A stretch of DNA of 64,000 nt from assembly GCA_036172245.1 (NCBI GenBank), contig JAYWIR010000002.1, forward strand, positions 6,262,001-6,326,000, written 5' to 3'. Made by a program: the position numbers and the translations under genes. Below are positions 36,500-49,600 of the stretch, in pieces. Each line of letters starts with the position of its first letter. The first letter of the stretch is position 1. The notes beneath the pieces are model-generated. The model was not told where the DNA came from. It saw nothing but the letters and a program-made list of their open reading frames with translations, and did no database searches. This stretch comes from Raillietiella orientalis (taxonomy: Eukaryota).

Positions 36500-39300
36500 C
36501 GCGAGGCATCGGACGTCGTGGGTTCGAATCCTCCTTTACCCCCCCGTACAGAGGAGATGGGCGCCGAGTCGGATGCGTAGCAGGTTTCGAGTCTTCCCGC
36601 TAGATGACGATGGGGCGGCAACCCAGGCTTCGGGCGGGAGGCAGGGGAACACGGACGTTGACCAGCAGCAGCCGGGAATCTGGGGGTGGATGGAAGAAGC
36701 CACTTCGGGGTCGCCCTGCCCGCTTCACGCTCGCCTCGGGTGAGCGGCTGCGGTGCCGTCGTCGTCCAGCCATGCCCCTTTCCCAGGACCAACGAGGTGA
36801 AGGACAAGGAGGAGGTGGGCGCGGCTCTGCTTCGGTCTGGAAGACTCTAGCACCTTGCGCATACCGCAGTTACGATAGCCACAACCGCTTGCCAGCGGGG
36901 TTTTTGGTGGGGCCACAGGATGGTGCGCAGAGAGTCACCTATTGGTCCGAATGAGTGCTGCTCACTAACAAGTAGGGGTGAGGTAACGGAGACGGACCAC
37001 CAAACAGCCGACAAGGGTCCGAACTAGGGTTCACTGCCGGGCATGGGTCTCGCAGGCTCGTAAATGAGGATCAGAAGGCGAGCAGCTCATCAACGAGAAG
37101 GGCTCACTCAACAGACGACGAGTCGAAGGATGGTCATCTGAGAGATGGTGGGCGGGCTGCATGACAACCGAAACTCAACAAGCCCTTTCTTCCTCCCCCC
37201 ATGCAGCGGAGCGCCAACGTTCAGGAGCACGGGCGGTCACGTGTCCGGACCTGTCGCCAGCTGCAACACTGCGAATCGTCGGCCGAGGCTCCTGGACCCC
37301 ATGGTAACGCAGCTCAGAGAGGACTGGTGCTTCATTTCGCCGCTGAGGAGGCATCGCACCAGTGCGGATGCGCGCCGCCGGACACCAGGGGGAGAGAGGA
37401 GAACATTGGCATCCGGAAACACCAGGCACTGCGACGGTGTTGCGAGGCAGCTGGGACACGACAGCGAGGTGCGTTCCGCGCTGGACCCGACCTTTGAGGG
37501 CGACGGTCCGAACCTGTTCGGGGTCCTTCCCGCCCCGTCTCCCTGAAGTCCTGCTCGCCTCCAGGGAAAGGCTGATGCTCCCGAACTTCGTCCACGTGGA
37601 CGGGCAGTCTGATCCGTTCTCTTCCATCCTTCTCCCCCGCCTTCTCTAGCGCGCGCCACGCTCCCCAGGGCGGCGGCGGAGTTTACGCTCTCCTCATCTG
37701 GACCTCAGCGCTATGCTGGCGTATTGGGACGACCCCTGCTTTCCTGCGCTGCCTGCCATCTTCTTCCGCTTCCCGATGCCGGACTGCACCCCTCCTGCGG
37801 GCAAACGGATTTGAGGAAAACGCGCGGAGGCGCGTTTTTTTTTTCTTCTTTTCCCACCGCGACCTCCCGTTTCAATCCAGATGAGAGAGGGAGCAATTGG
37901 TCCATCCCCGCGCGTCCCTCATCGCGTGCCTGAGCCCCGAGGAGCGATCCGGAGTCCTTGAGCCTTGCCGCTCTGATGAGAGTTTAGGAGGGACTCGCTG
38001 CCATCCATCTCTTCTGAGCCATTAGGGGATGATCAGGACCTGATCGCCAGCGCATCAGCGATAATCGAATCATCCGCAATCCCTGAATCGAATCTCGCCT
38101 GGCTCATTAGCAGTTGCTGAGCATGAGGAGAGGAAGAAGAGAGAAGAGGAGGAGGAGGGAGGGAGGGAGGAGGAGGAAATGCAGCGAGAGATCTCGAAGC
38201 GAACGAAGGGGAGCAATGCCTCTGGGTGGACGCCACGGGGGAAGCAAAAGACCCCGGAGTCCGCTTGCATCGCCTCGCTTGCTGATGTTCAGCTCCCTCT
38301 CCCGCTTTCCCCTCCTCCCCGCAGGAATTCACGGTCGTGTTCCCCGTGGCAACGGCAGGGAGGGGGAGCAACCCGAAGGAGTTCCTCCGGACTCGCTGAT
38401 CCCGGGAAGGACGTTGCCTTCTTTGCATCCGGGTGGAATCCTCCTGAGAAGACAAACCCGAATGCTGCGAGCCGAAGAGGACGCTCAGGGCGGAGGACAA
38501 GGCGCCACCCCCAGGTCCATGGAGCTCCTCATCCCCCAACTACTGACCTCCCTGCGTAGAGGCCAGGGGCCACGCTCCTCAGGTGTCAGGGTGGACCAGA
38601 CATCAGTCATGGACACAGCACCTTCCAGCCCGCCGTTTCCTGCTCCCGGGCGCCTTCACCCTCTCCCTTTCTCTTCGCCCCCAGTCATCGGATAGCGGGG
38701 TGGGAAGAAGCCGATGAGTTGGACGGCTCGAATGGAGAAGAGGGCACCCGGCCAGAAGCGTTCCTGGAAGGGAACGCGGGAATTCGGCGGTGCCTCAGGG
38801 CAGTAGACTGGACCGTTCCCACGGGTTCTCCGGGGATCCTCCGAGATGGATGCGGATCGCAACGGATCCTCTCAACCCACGGCTCGGGAGCGACCGGATC
38901 TCCTTGGCAAAAAAGGCATGGCCTGCCATCCCGTAGCACGTGGAATGGCGACATGCTTCGTCGCGAGGAAGACCGACGGCAAGATGGCGACAGCAAGATA
39001 GCGGCGCATGGTTGGCGCAGGGGAAGGCGGAAGCCGGCGCCGATCAGGAAGCCCAGGCTCCTGCAAGTTTTTTCCGGGAATCTCAGGAAAGATTATCCGC
39101 CACCTTCGTCTGTCTACGGAGCAATGCCCGGAGCATCTAATCCCTGGCCACGACTCCCTACTCCAGCCCTCCGGTGCGCAGCGGGCATGCAACCCTTGTC
39201 ATCCCCTCCTGCCGCTGTGCGATGTCCCTCTTCGCTCCAGTGCGAAGAGGGGTCTCAGGGCGTTCGGAGCAGCCGCGCGATGTGCCCCAGGGAGCGAACT
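36500..39300 (+). mobile_element. Possible decayed L1/Tx1 ORF2 relic
   Basis: Ordered weak motifs: ARRRTPGGERRT (~37370, linker), APRSPGRR (~37655, cf. KSPGPDG), GIHGRVPRGNGREGEQPEGVPPDSL (~38325-38400, cf. NG....RG.RQG.PLS), HLIPGHDSLLQPSG (~39135-39175). Boundaries approximate. Confidence 0.35.
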
Positions 39301-42300
39301 CAAGCGGTCCAGTAGGTCACCAATGGAGAGCCTCTTCAAGCGCCGAGAATGGCGCCAGTGTCGGGGGAAGGAACACTATGCTGCAGTCGTAGCAGCGGCG
39401 CGCATTGAGGTGAGCTGCTGGCTAGGAAGAGAAACTGCCACTGCTGGCATTGCTGACCAGAAGTACGGAAAAAGCAGCAAGGAAAAGAAGGGGGCAGAGG
39501 AATTGAGGTAGGAAGGAGGGGAGAAGAACTGCAGTGTGATCGGACGATGGTCCACTTCTTCAGTTGTCTCCCGCTGACCGTCTTTTGCACCTGTGAGCAG
39601 CAGCCTTCTCCACGAGAGTGACTGCCATCCAAAGGGGTTTTTTGATCCCCCCTCCTCGTGCGATGTGCGGCCCCGAGTTCAAATCCCTCATCCAATCTGG
39701 GTCTCGAGTCAACCTAGGTCCTGAGCGAACACGGGGATTCATTCCTCCTCGTTTTGCCCCTTCCAACGACTCAGACCTTCGAAATCCTCGCCTTGAAACC
39801 GATCCGTTCCACCCCCATCGTCTTCTCCATTTACTACTCTCCCCAGTTAAACCCTATGTTGAGTGTCGAGTCCCTTTGTTAAAGGTTCTTTATGACGGCT
39901 GACTTTTGAAGGTCATCCAGAAGTGACCAGAAAAAGTGACCCGGTATGTCCTGGAGGCAGAAATCACTTTTGTGAGCAGGTCGCAAAAAGTGTGCAGGGG
40001 GTGGTGAACAGAACGACTTCTTCGCCCGCCTGTGCCTCTTAGGGGAGCGTGGCGTCCGTCTTACGGGCCGGCTGCATGGAGAGGGAATTTCGGGATGCCC
40101 AGAGGGATGGGAAGCAACAAAAAAACTAACGCGTGAATAGAGGCGAGGTGGGGATGGTGGAAGGAGAATCACGGGGGAGGGTGCAGCAACCTCCACGAGC
40201 AGGAACGCGCCAGTCGGGACGGCCTGTTGGATGTGCACGCAGGAAAAATCGCTGCAGGGCGGCGTGCGGCTTGGCCGGTTTTCGATAGCCCCCCGAAGAT
40301 GGTTGCAGCCCTCGGCTGCAGCAGCAGAGGACCAGTGCTGCTGCGGGGACGGCAGAAGCGCTCGCTTGAGCGCCGCTTGCCAGTGCCATCTAGTGCGCTT
40401 CGCCGAAAGTCGTCGCCGGACCAACCAAGTTACGGGTTCTTCAGTGGCTCTCCGAACGAGGTCGCCGCTGCTTCATGAGCTTTGGGGACTTAGTACAGGT
40501 TGTACGGTACGGATGCGCGCACCCCCCTGAGGTCCGGAACGACGGACGCTTCGTGAAGCGTCGTCCCAAAGCCCCCTCGTTGCGGTTCCTGTGGTTCCTG
40601 AAAGGCGCACCTGGATGGCGGATGCTGCAACCCCGCGTTTCTCTCGGTTGACCGGACGGATGCCGATGGGACCTCTCGTCCATCTTTTCTGCACTCCGCT
40701 CGTCTCTACCCTTGCAAGGGGAGCTCCCTGTGTCGGCGGGAAGAAGAAGAGTCACCATGGAGACACGGATGCATTCCGCGAGAGCTTTTGCGATCCGGAA
40801 TCCATTCCAGAAGCTGGAAATGCTTTCCGAAGACCCGGATGAAATGATTGACGATGACGATCGCGAGCAAGAAAAACGAAAAGCCGCGTTCATTCCCTCC
40901 CCTGGACAGCTCCAGGACGAGCTCAGGGGGAGAAATGCGGAGGAAGAAGGAGCCAAGGATGCCACCTGCGGATCCATCCGATCCTGCCGCAAGAGGCAGT
41001 TGCTAGAGAGCTCGCTCGCAATGGAGGCCGTGCGCACGAGGAGGAGAGGGGGCTGACTGCACCACCCCCTAGGCCTCCGCCCGGCCTGCCCATCCGCGGA
41101 GGGGTCGCCTGTCTCTCGCTCTCACACCGCGAGGAGGCGTTTCGAGCCGCGAGCGCGCCGTGTGCTACTTTGTAACACAATGTTATGCGCCGCAGGTGCG
41201 AGAGCACGCGCGTTTCGTCGCGGACTGCTCAACAATGCGAGCAGGACGGAAGGGGAGGGAGGTGAGATAGGGGGTAGGGGAGAAGAGCCCCTAGCAGGAC
41301 CCAGCAACGGGTGCTACCAGTTCGCCCCTGCCACTCGTGGGGCCCCCGGACAGGCTGCCGCCCTCGCCCCGAGGGGAGTGACGGAGCTCGTGGTCTTCTG
41401 CGGGGCGGGAAGGAAACGGTGGGAGAAGTGGTCTTCTGCGTGGCCTTTCCTCTCAGAGGGTGAGGTCGTCGCGCGAGAGACGGCTCCTCGGAAGGGCGCC
41501 GCCGCAGGTCCCTGTTGCGTCACCGGCGGGAACTCAAGTCGTAGGCCATGTCCACCCAGAAGACACCTCCCCTGCTCTCGTGGAGGAAGAGCCGCTGGGC
41601 GCCTCCGGTCACGTGCAGACCCGCCGGGAGGTGAGTGGGAGGACAGACCCCTGACCCCCATCAGGGAGCGCCTCAGTGACCTCCACCGTTGCCGGAGGCT
41701 CGCAGCCACCGCGCTCCCTCGGGGTTCAATGGCGGGAATGAGCAGAAGCGCATGATGCGGACACAAACGAACGGGGACGACGAGAAGGGGGGGGGAGGGG
41801 AGGAGCGGCGAAGATTTACGGTTCCCTGGAACTGGCGGTCTCCGCCGGGAGGCTGCAGGGAGGGCGATTTCCGGTCCATTTAGGGAAGATGCAATTAAGC
41901 GGCGCGGATGCCGGTGGCGGCGGCGCGTGCCTACGGACTGGAGCTCACGTAGTCAAGAGGGAGGGGGGGAAGGCAGGGGAGGGCTTTCCCCTTGAATCAG
42001 CCTCCCGACCCGCGTTCACCACTGGGGGGGAGGGGCTCATAGACGACGCGTGGCAGAGCGCAGGTGGGTGGAGAGGGCAATCTCAGCTTCCTTGATCAGC
42101 AGTGGGGAGGCTCGTGCCCTTTCTGTCCGACTGCTGCCGCTCCATGGGCAACAACTCGCCCGAGGGGTGAAAAACCAAAAGAGGCAGGGGTGGGTGAAGC
42201 AAAGATGCTCCCTCCCTTCTCTTCTCTCTCTCTTCGCTGAGTATTCGCCTGCCTTCCTTCATTGCTGGCATCCCCTCGCGGCCTTGCCCCGAAGATTTGC

Positions 42301-42334
42301 GTATTCTCTCCAAGGAGACGCCGGCATGTTAGGA

Positions 42335-42745
42335 AATGACCATGATGGGGAGGAGTGGGAGGAGCGTGGCGACGACGATGATGAGAGTGCTGTTGTTGAC
42401 GACGGCGATGACGATGACCATGATGACGATAATGATGATGATCAGGAGGAGGAGGAGGAGGAGGAGGAGGAGGAGGAGGAGGGAGAGGAGGGGGAGGAAG
42501 AAGAGGAGAAAGAAGAGGAGGAGGAGGTCGCTTCTGATGACGATAAAGGAGCGTCATCATCATCATCATCTTGGTGATGAAAACGAGGAGCGGGAGGAGC
42601 ATGATGATGTTGGTATAATGGTGATGGTAGTTGTCAGCTGGCTGAGGAGGAAAAGTCTCCGAGGCGCTTCTCAAGTCTCCCCAAGAAGGAGGAGGCTGCT
42701 GACCGCGGTGGAGACCTACGAGGAGGACAAGGACGACGAGGAAGA
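42335..42745 (+). repeat. GAT/GAC/GAG triplet-rich low-complexity tract including a (GAG)n run
   Basis: Long run of GGA/GAG triplets at ~42444-42526. Reads as poly-D/E in one frame, but that frame closes at 42577. Confidence 0.8.
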
Positions 42746-45700
42746 ACGGTGGGTTTACCTCGTGAACACCAGGGTTGTCCATCTTCCCTGAGGGCGCAGC
42801 GGGGGTAAAACCCTCCAAGGCTTGCCGCGCCATTCACTCGAGTGAAGTCAGTCGACTGACCTCACTCGGGTGACATCGTTCGGCTGGATCCGCAGGTCTT
42901 CCGAGAGCAGCGGCAGCGCCGGAGGGAATGACCAAGACTCAGTGATCCCTATCTGCGCGCTTCCACGTCTTCCGCTCCTGCCTTTCCCGGGAGCAGCAGC
43001 TGTGGCAGGAAGGTTGACCGCCAGAGGGAAGGGCTGCTCCAGGAGAGAGAGCGCGGCTCTTCGTCGAGAGGAACGCGTCACGGATGGGGAATAGGGACCA
43101 GTATGGCATCATCCAGTCCGGAAGAACTCGTGCAAACGCCTTCTTCCTACACGGGCATATGGGTCCCTCTTCCTCATCCTCCTGCATTTCGGGAGTCGTC
43201 CGCGTCAGAAGGGGCGCTTGCGTTCTCCAAGGTTCAGCCTTCGATCCCTGCGAATTCCAGGCTGAACGGTCAACTGGGTGTCCATGCCAGCCAGATGCTA
43301 AATGCTGTTTGCGGAGGGTGGGACTCGGGGAGACTACACTCCCTTCGCTGCGCATTTTCCAGGACACCCTGCATTCCACAGCATCCTTCGTCTGCGACGC
43401 TGGCCACAGTCGGGGCCAAGGAGAGGTCGCGCACGCACCTGCCTGGGTTTCCTGTCCAAGGTAACGGGTGGCAGCACCTTCCGGACGAACCCGAGGTCTT
43501 CGAAGAGGACCTCTGCTGCGTTCCTCTACCCCCGAAAAGGAGCGTCGGCGGCCACAGCCACACCCTCTTCGTCGCCAGGAGCGATCCTCTTGAGGGATTC
43601 TCGCCGGGGAAGGGGGGGCGGGGGGGAAACCACCTCGGTCCGTCTCTCCGTTCTCTGCCAGCCTATACCCGCTGTCCCGGAGAAGCTCGCGTATATCAAC
43701 TTTGCCCCATCCCTAGCGGAAGATCATCCTTATCATCCTTCCCGGAGGAAAGCCCGGGATGTTCCGGAGGAGTTTTCGGGACGACTGGAAGAATGGCCTC
43801 GCGCACCCGGCAACCTCGCATCCGTTCGACGACTCGCTGCTCCGCGGCTGCCAGCAGATCCTCGTGCTCGCCGGAGGCATTCGTCCCGCCGAGAGGGGAA
43901 GTCCAGAAGCCCAGTTGCCCGGAGCGGTCATCTCTCAGCGGGCAGCCTCGCCCCAGCTGGGATCCAGAGACTTTTCCGGGCAGGGGTGTTGCTCTTCGGG
44001 CGCATCCGACCGAGGTACTTGGGCGCTTCCAAAATTTGGGCGGGAGATTGCAGCAACTCCCGCAAAGTCTGAACCGGTGATTCAATTGCGCCTCAGGAGC
44101 CAGAAAAAAAAAAAAAAAAAGGAAGAAAAGGAAAAGGAGGGGCAGGGAAGGAAGCAGTTTCTTCGGAAGGGACTGCAGAATGATGCAGGATCGCCCTTCG
44201 TGCTGCGCGATTTTCCGCCGAGTTATCGTCCGTCTGCATGAGCGCAAATCCGTAACTCCTCGCTGGGGGGTCATCTGCATTGCGCACTTGACAGGCAAGC
44301 CGTGGAATTTGCTTTAAGGCACGGCCAGGTGACGTTGAGAGGGACGGGTGGCATTTTCTGCGGAGGAGGAGGCTGCGCTCAGGCTATTCGGAAATCAATC
44401 TTCCAGTCGCGAAGAGAGAAAGCGAAGAAAGCGGAGAATTGTTTTTGCAAGAAAATGGCGGCGGAGAAGTCCGTGGAAAGTTCCGCAACATTCGACCCAT
44501 CGTTGGGGCAATTAGGGGAGGGGGTTCCTCTGAGCGCGGCGCATCTGCATGGCACTTGCGAAAGGGGAGTGCTTTGGGGTACAGTAGCAGCGGGATTTGA
44601 CGTCACCCCTAACCACTCCCGTGGCGCTGCTTTCGTTGCAGAAACAATACACATTGTGGAGCGCGAGTGGTTACATGGATATTCAAACTGTACTGTACAC
44701 ATTGGAAGCATCTCTGAGACACCTGGAATTCCCAAAATAAAATCACAATCCGGACCGGGAGGCGGATGACGCTTTTATTTGCGAATTCCTCGCACTTGTG
44801 GAACGTCCAATGCAATAATCTGCGATTCGGTGAAGAAGGATACGAGTGCATTTCAATGAACACCATCTGGATAAACACAAATGTTGGTGTACACGGTGTT
44901 TGCTCACGAGTTTATTTTATAGGCGAATCGATCGATCCTCATTTTTTCCTATCAGAGTGCTCGAAAGATGCAGAGGTGAGATAAGAGCATTTCTCGTACC
45001 TTTAATCATCCGCACGTAATGCTATCCATTCAGTGCCAGATCACTCATTACACGGAGATATGCATTATGAATTTGAACCTTTATAATTTATCAAATGCCG
45101 CTTCATTATAATGGGAAGGCGATATTTATACGGCACCTGACACTCAGGCAAGATGAAGATGCAATTGCAATGTATTAGTTATGATTACATCCTGGCTCGG
45201 AGCGGTCAAGCCAGAAGGCAGGTCGGCGAATCTGCGAGAGCGCTTTTTTATCCGTCTGGAGCAAGGCATTTCTAAAATGGCTGAAGACATGGAAACCGTC
45301 CTTTCGAAACACCGTCAACACATGCCCCTTCTTAAAAAATCGACTCTTTTCAGTAAGAACTTCCGAGTGCCTGAAATGAAAGAGATTCATCCGGCAAGGT
45401 GAAGCAAGAGCTCCTCCTGAAAAGGGACGTAAAGGCACAGAGTGCATCATCCCCTTCTGTGTGTTTTAGCGGTGCGATTGCCTGTCTTATCAAGAATCGC
45501 AAAGATTGATTAGCAGTTCCGCTATGTCGAAATCCAGAGACTCAGAATTCATTCAGCATTAGCAAGCCGATCTCAGCAACAGCTTTCCAAAGGTCATCTT
45601 AGCCTTCCTGGAAGCATTTCTAGACGTCCGCAATGAACGGAGGATCAGCGTGTATCCGAACTCGCGTCCGAAATTCAGAAGACGTGGGTATGGAATGCAG

Positions 45701-47141
45701 GACCAAGGGTTACTTAGAAGTGATTGGATGGGTGCAGTGTCTGCCACGCCCTTCCGGTCGGGCTCACCGATAAGCGCTCAGATGGCGACACGCATCCAGC
45801 TTCAGTTTGCAGGCTGGAGATGGGATCCAGCTTTTTCCTCAGGAGTCTACAGCGATACAGAGCAAGCAGTTCTCTTGCTTAGGGCGGGTCAAAGGCCAGC
45901 AGAGTCGCAACCTCCGATGGAGGATTTTAGGAGCCTTTTTCGGACAAGAGAAATTCGTCAAAATTCGCTCTTGTGGACCCGTTTTTCTTACTTTTCTTAC
46001 AGCGGACGGACAGGTGAGATCTACAGCAGTGCCTGCCGATATTCCCACAAGTTGGGCGTCTCTCCGGGAGCGCCGCGATCGTCTCGCCCTCTGATGCGGG
46101 CAGGAGCCCTCCCAGTTCGGTTGCAAAGGCTGGGCACATCTCGGGCCGGAAGAAGCGCTTGGCAGAAAGCGATGGCCTCCTCCGAACTGGCGTCCGATCA
46201 CTCTGATGAACTCGGTCGTCCAGTTATTCTCGAAGCTGTGGGTCGCGAGACTAGGACGGATCGCAGAGTCCGTGGTCAGTCCGAAGCAATCCTATGCTGT
46301 TCATGGGCGGTCCATGAATGTGAACCTACCTTTCGCACGCATCTGGTTCCAGTTTCAGGAAGCATTGTGCTGGATGGTCGCGCAGCAGAGAGAGCTGCTG
46401 CCGACTCCAAGCTCAAGTGCCGACAGCCAGGGGAAAAGCCTTGGCGGGTGGCAGTTGATCTGCATAGAGCGCTCGATTACGTATAACACGGACTTCCTCT
46501 GGAGCGCCTCGGACTCCCAACGCACCTCCTTGTCTCCTGGAACTCCTCCTAGCACCACAATTTAATGAATTTTTCATCCAACATCTACTTCCAATTGATG
46601 CTGAAGGCGCACACGCTAGCGCACACGCTAATGCTGGCCAACCTGCCCAGCCTCTGCCCGTGCAAGCCTTCCGTGTCAGTCTACGTGAACGACCTGCTTC
46701 TCCTGCTGTCCATGTCCACCCCGGCAGCAAAACTCGAAGATTTCTTCGAGCTGATACGTTGGAGAGCAAGCATGAGAGACAACAGAACGCAATGCATGGT
46801 CGTACCGATGGATGCCTCATAGGAGGGGCAGGCCGACGAGATCCGCCTAAGAATCTACAGAGTCAGGTACTTCAGGTACCCTGGCGTACCGTTGGGCGAC
46901 TACTGAGCTGTAGAAGAGTCGTCGGCCTGCTTTCAGAAGGCAAAGATAGCTCCTAACCCGTTCCTCGACGAAAGTCCGTCTTGCAGGGTTGGGACTCCAT
47001 CAGGAACACCTTCGTTGTTCCCTTCTCCACCTCTTGTTTTTTGTTTGCCCTCTCCCTTATTCGGTAAGGATACAAGCGCAGCGCCTCCTGAGAATAGCCT
47101 TGTGGAACGCTGCAAGGTCCTGAATCCAACTAAAAGACTTG

Positions 47142-48372
47142 ATGGCACCGCGCCAGGACACTGGCTTGGTCATCCTGATCATTCACAGGATCGGACTGCA
47201 GATGCAGTTCCGACTTCTGACTGTTTGTGGAAAATTGTGGATTTGGCACTGGTGTCGTCCGGCACGTCACATCCTCCGGCGATACGCTGCAAGCGCAGGA
47301 CTCCTTTCGCTGCCGCCTCGCAGGCGACACAGGGTAGATGGATCTGGTTATCCCCAGAGGCATCTGCCCTCACTTCTGATAGCTCACCCGTGAATCTCCT
47401 GCCGCCCGAAGAACTGGGATGCCTGGCGGCCGGAGGCACGGGAATCCTGAGGGGTCACTCTGAAAGCGCGTCCAGAGGAATGACGACCGCTGCCCCATGC
47501 CACAAACGTGTATGTAAACTCCTCCAGAAACTCCTATGCAAGCCTCTGGGCGACCTCCTGCAGGATGGACGAAGTGGTCTCGAATACCCGTCTCGCTCCT
47601 TGACGCAAAACTTTGTCTGCCCCGAGGGCAAGCAGTAACAACAGCCCGCCGGCGGGGTGGGAGTTGTCCTGCAACATCGCAGGAGTCGAGAAACTCCTCG
47701 ACGGCTGCGAGACGAGCGAGTTGGTGAACGCCGCCACTCCTCGTTCCCGGGAGAAGAAGCTCCTCCAGTGGAGGGACCTGCTCTATGCGCTCCTCGAGGG
47801 ACCGACGCCGGTCCCTTCTTTGTGCGCGGACACTTCTGAGCTTTCGCTCCGTTGGAAACCACAGGATGTTCTGCTGTTTCCGCACTGGGGGGCTTCCAGT
47901 GCAACCGATGCAAGCACCTCGTTTCCGGAGAGCTGCCTCCTGTTGCCGAACTGCTGTCCCCTCACCTCCTGCTGGACTGCAGCGCCCCGGAGGACACGTG
48001 GCGGAGAATTGCTTCGACGCTTCGCCACCTGGAGGACCCCCTCGCTTCGGACTTGCTGCGGCGCTTCTTCGCGCAAGGCGGACTGAAGACGGGCGCTGGG
48101 ATCGCAACGATCTGTTGCCTCCGCGCCATAGCGACAGTCCGCGTTGTGGTGGAGTCTCGTTGGCAGCGAAGGGAGGCCACCAGCATGGCAGCCGCCTTGA
48201 TGAGGACGGCTGCAAAGTGGCTTCATCTGCCAAAAGTTGTGAGGGAGATCGCCTCCATAACAGCCGCTTCTAAGTCTTTAGTTTTATTCTTCTTTCTAAG
48301 AAGAATAAAACTAAAGACTACTGTCCCTGCTTTCCCGTGTTATTTCATTTATTTATTGTCTCCCCCACCGTT
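47142..48372 (+). repeat. Left arm of ~1.23 kb near-perfect inverted repeat (partner 58868-60098)
   Basis: Position x maps to 107240-x with no indel. Translations in several frames are identical between arms (e.g. ORFs 47613..48086+ and 59154..59627-). Confidence 0.97.
48273..48319. repeat. Perfect 22-bp stem / 3-nt loop palindrome containing AATAAA on both strands
   Basis: agtctttagttttattcttctt-tct-aagaagaataaaactaaagact. Confidence 0.95.
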
Positions 48373-48489
48373 CCCTACTTCCTTAGGAGCCGCCCCTGTG
48401 CCTGTGTCACTGCAAAGAGATTTTTTGTTTTTCCTGGCATCTCTTGTACTCAGGGTATGTTTTCCCCTTATTTGTGGTTTATTTTTTAC

Positions 48490-49600
48490 ATAAAAACCCG
48501 GAGCGACCGGGTACAAGCTTCCTTCGAACGGACAAAAGGCGAACGAGCGATAGTTCCTTTCTGCCCCTTTTTCCACGGGAAGGAGGACTGCGTCACCATC
48601 CGTGTACCGAAGAACGCCCAACCCGCCCCCGTCTTGGGAAGGCAGTCAAAGAGAGGTCTGGTTGTTCAGGGACCTCTCTTACAGCAGGACCGCAGCAAAC
48701 GTGCATTGTTTGCGCAGGGTCCAGTCTCGCCCGCACTTCCTAGTTTGCTGCCCGTGGAGAAGAATTCGGGGACCACGCAGCAGGAAACAACAACAACAAC
48801 AACAAAAGAAATGGGTTGTGTGGGGAAGGAAAAAGTTCGTTAGGGAGGGGTTCTGGAGCCTTCCCTGCATCTCCTTGGAGATGTGCGCAAGCTCTTCTTT
48901 CATCTTCTTTTGTAGGCGGATACACGCCGGAGGCTCTTCTCACCCAGGTTGCGATGAGGGAGGTGATCTTTCTGTCGCTTCCGCTTTGATACGCGCTGCT
49001 TCGATGCCACGGGCGCAGCTCGAGATTGCGTTTTCGGGAGCGCACCAGCATGCACTCGATGCGCTCAGCGTTCCCAGAGTCAGCTGCCGCAGAATGTCTC
49101 CCAGGTAGAGGGCACTTGCGCACGCAAGCGTCGGTGCGCACGTGCAGTCCATCCTCGATGCATTCCGCTCTTGCGGGGCAGGTCCACTCCCACGGTGAGG
49201 CAGAGGGAGGTACGCCCGCTGTTTCGTAGCACGGAGCGAGCTGCCCGGTTACGGAGACGCATCCGGCCCGTGCCCGAAGGAGGAATGCCATCTGCTCCCG
49301 GGGGGAGTAGCTCTGGGGAGAGGGGCGGATCAACAGTCAGGCTCACATGGTCCGAGAAGTTTTGCCCGGTTCCCCATTGCGGGGTTGCGGAGCAAATTTT
49401 TCGCAGGTGGATACCGGACCCCGACTGCTGTGACGACCGGAAGACGTCAAAGAAGGGAGTGGTAATGGGGAACGACGCCCCGTTTTTGCACGTGCTTCGC
49501 CGTCTCGCACGGAACAGCAGACCGCGTTCCAAGCTCCACGAGCGCTCTCCGGGTTAGCGCAGGGGCAGCACTGAGTTCAAGAATCGGCTCAGAGATGGCC
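48490..49600 (-). mobile_element. Decayed L1/Tx1 RT N-terminal fragment
   Basis: Minus strand TRKCGRDW (cf. KSPGPDG), then GDAVLLPVEKGAERNYRSFAFC (~48600-48530, cf. a.i.LIPK.KG....NYRPISLC). Upstream boundary is a guess. Confidence 0.5.

Larger units (their letters stand above)
44550..48380 (+). mobile_element. Decayed L1/Tx1-clade LINE ORF2 (APE endonuclease - RT - zf-RVT) plus 3' end
   Basis: AFVAETIH (~44630, cf. LQETH); NWRPITLMNSVVQLFSKLWVARLGRIAESVVSPKQSYAVHGRSMNVNL (46185-46330); VAVDLHRALDYV (~46450-46483, cf. DxxKAFD); VSVYVNDLLLLL (~46675, cf. YADD); FRYPGVPLG (~46871); ALWNAARS*IQLKDLMAPRQDTGL (~47095-47170); WRDLLYALLEG; CNRC...HLLLDC..W (47899-48002). Many stops and frameshifts. 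Confidence 0.8.

Noticed and set aside
40719..41056. Exon-like ORF (AIRNPFQKLEMLSEDPDEM...) after a good splice acceptor
   Set aside because: No recognisable host domain or partner exons. It may be a retrotransposon ORF1 tail; unsupported either way.
42050..42791. Acidic poly-D/E protein
   Set aside because: Triplet-repeat low complexity with frame breaks; no domain or coherent exon structure.
48100..48270. SOCS-box-like C-terminus (CCLRAIATVRV...LHLPKVVREI) suggesting a duplicated host gene
   Set aside because: It follows directly after a zf-RVT motif in a frameshifted LINE ORF2, so it is better explained as the ORF2 tail.
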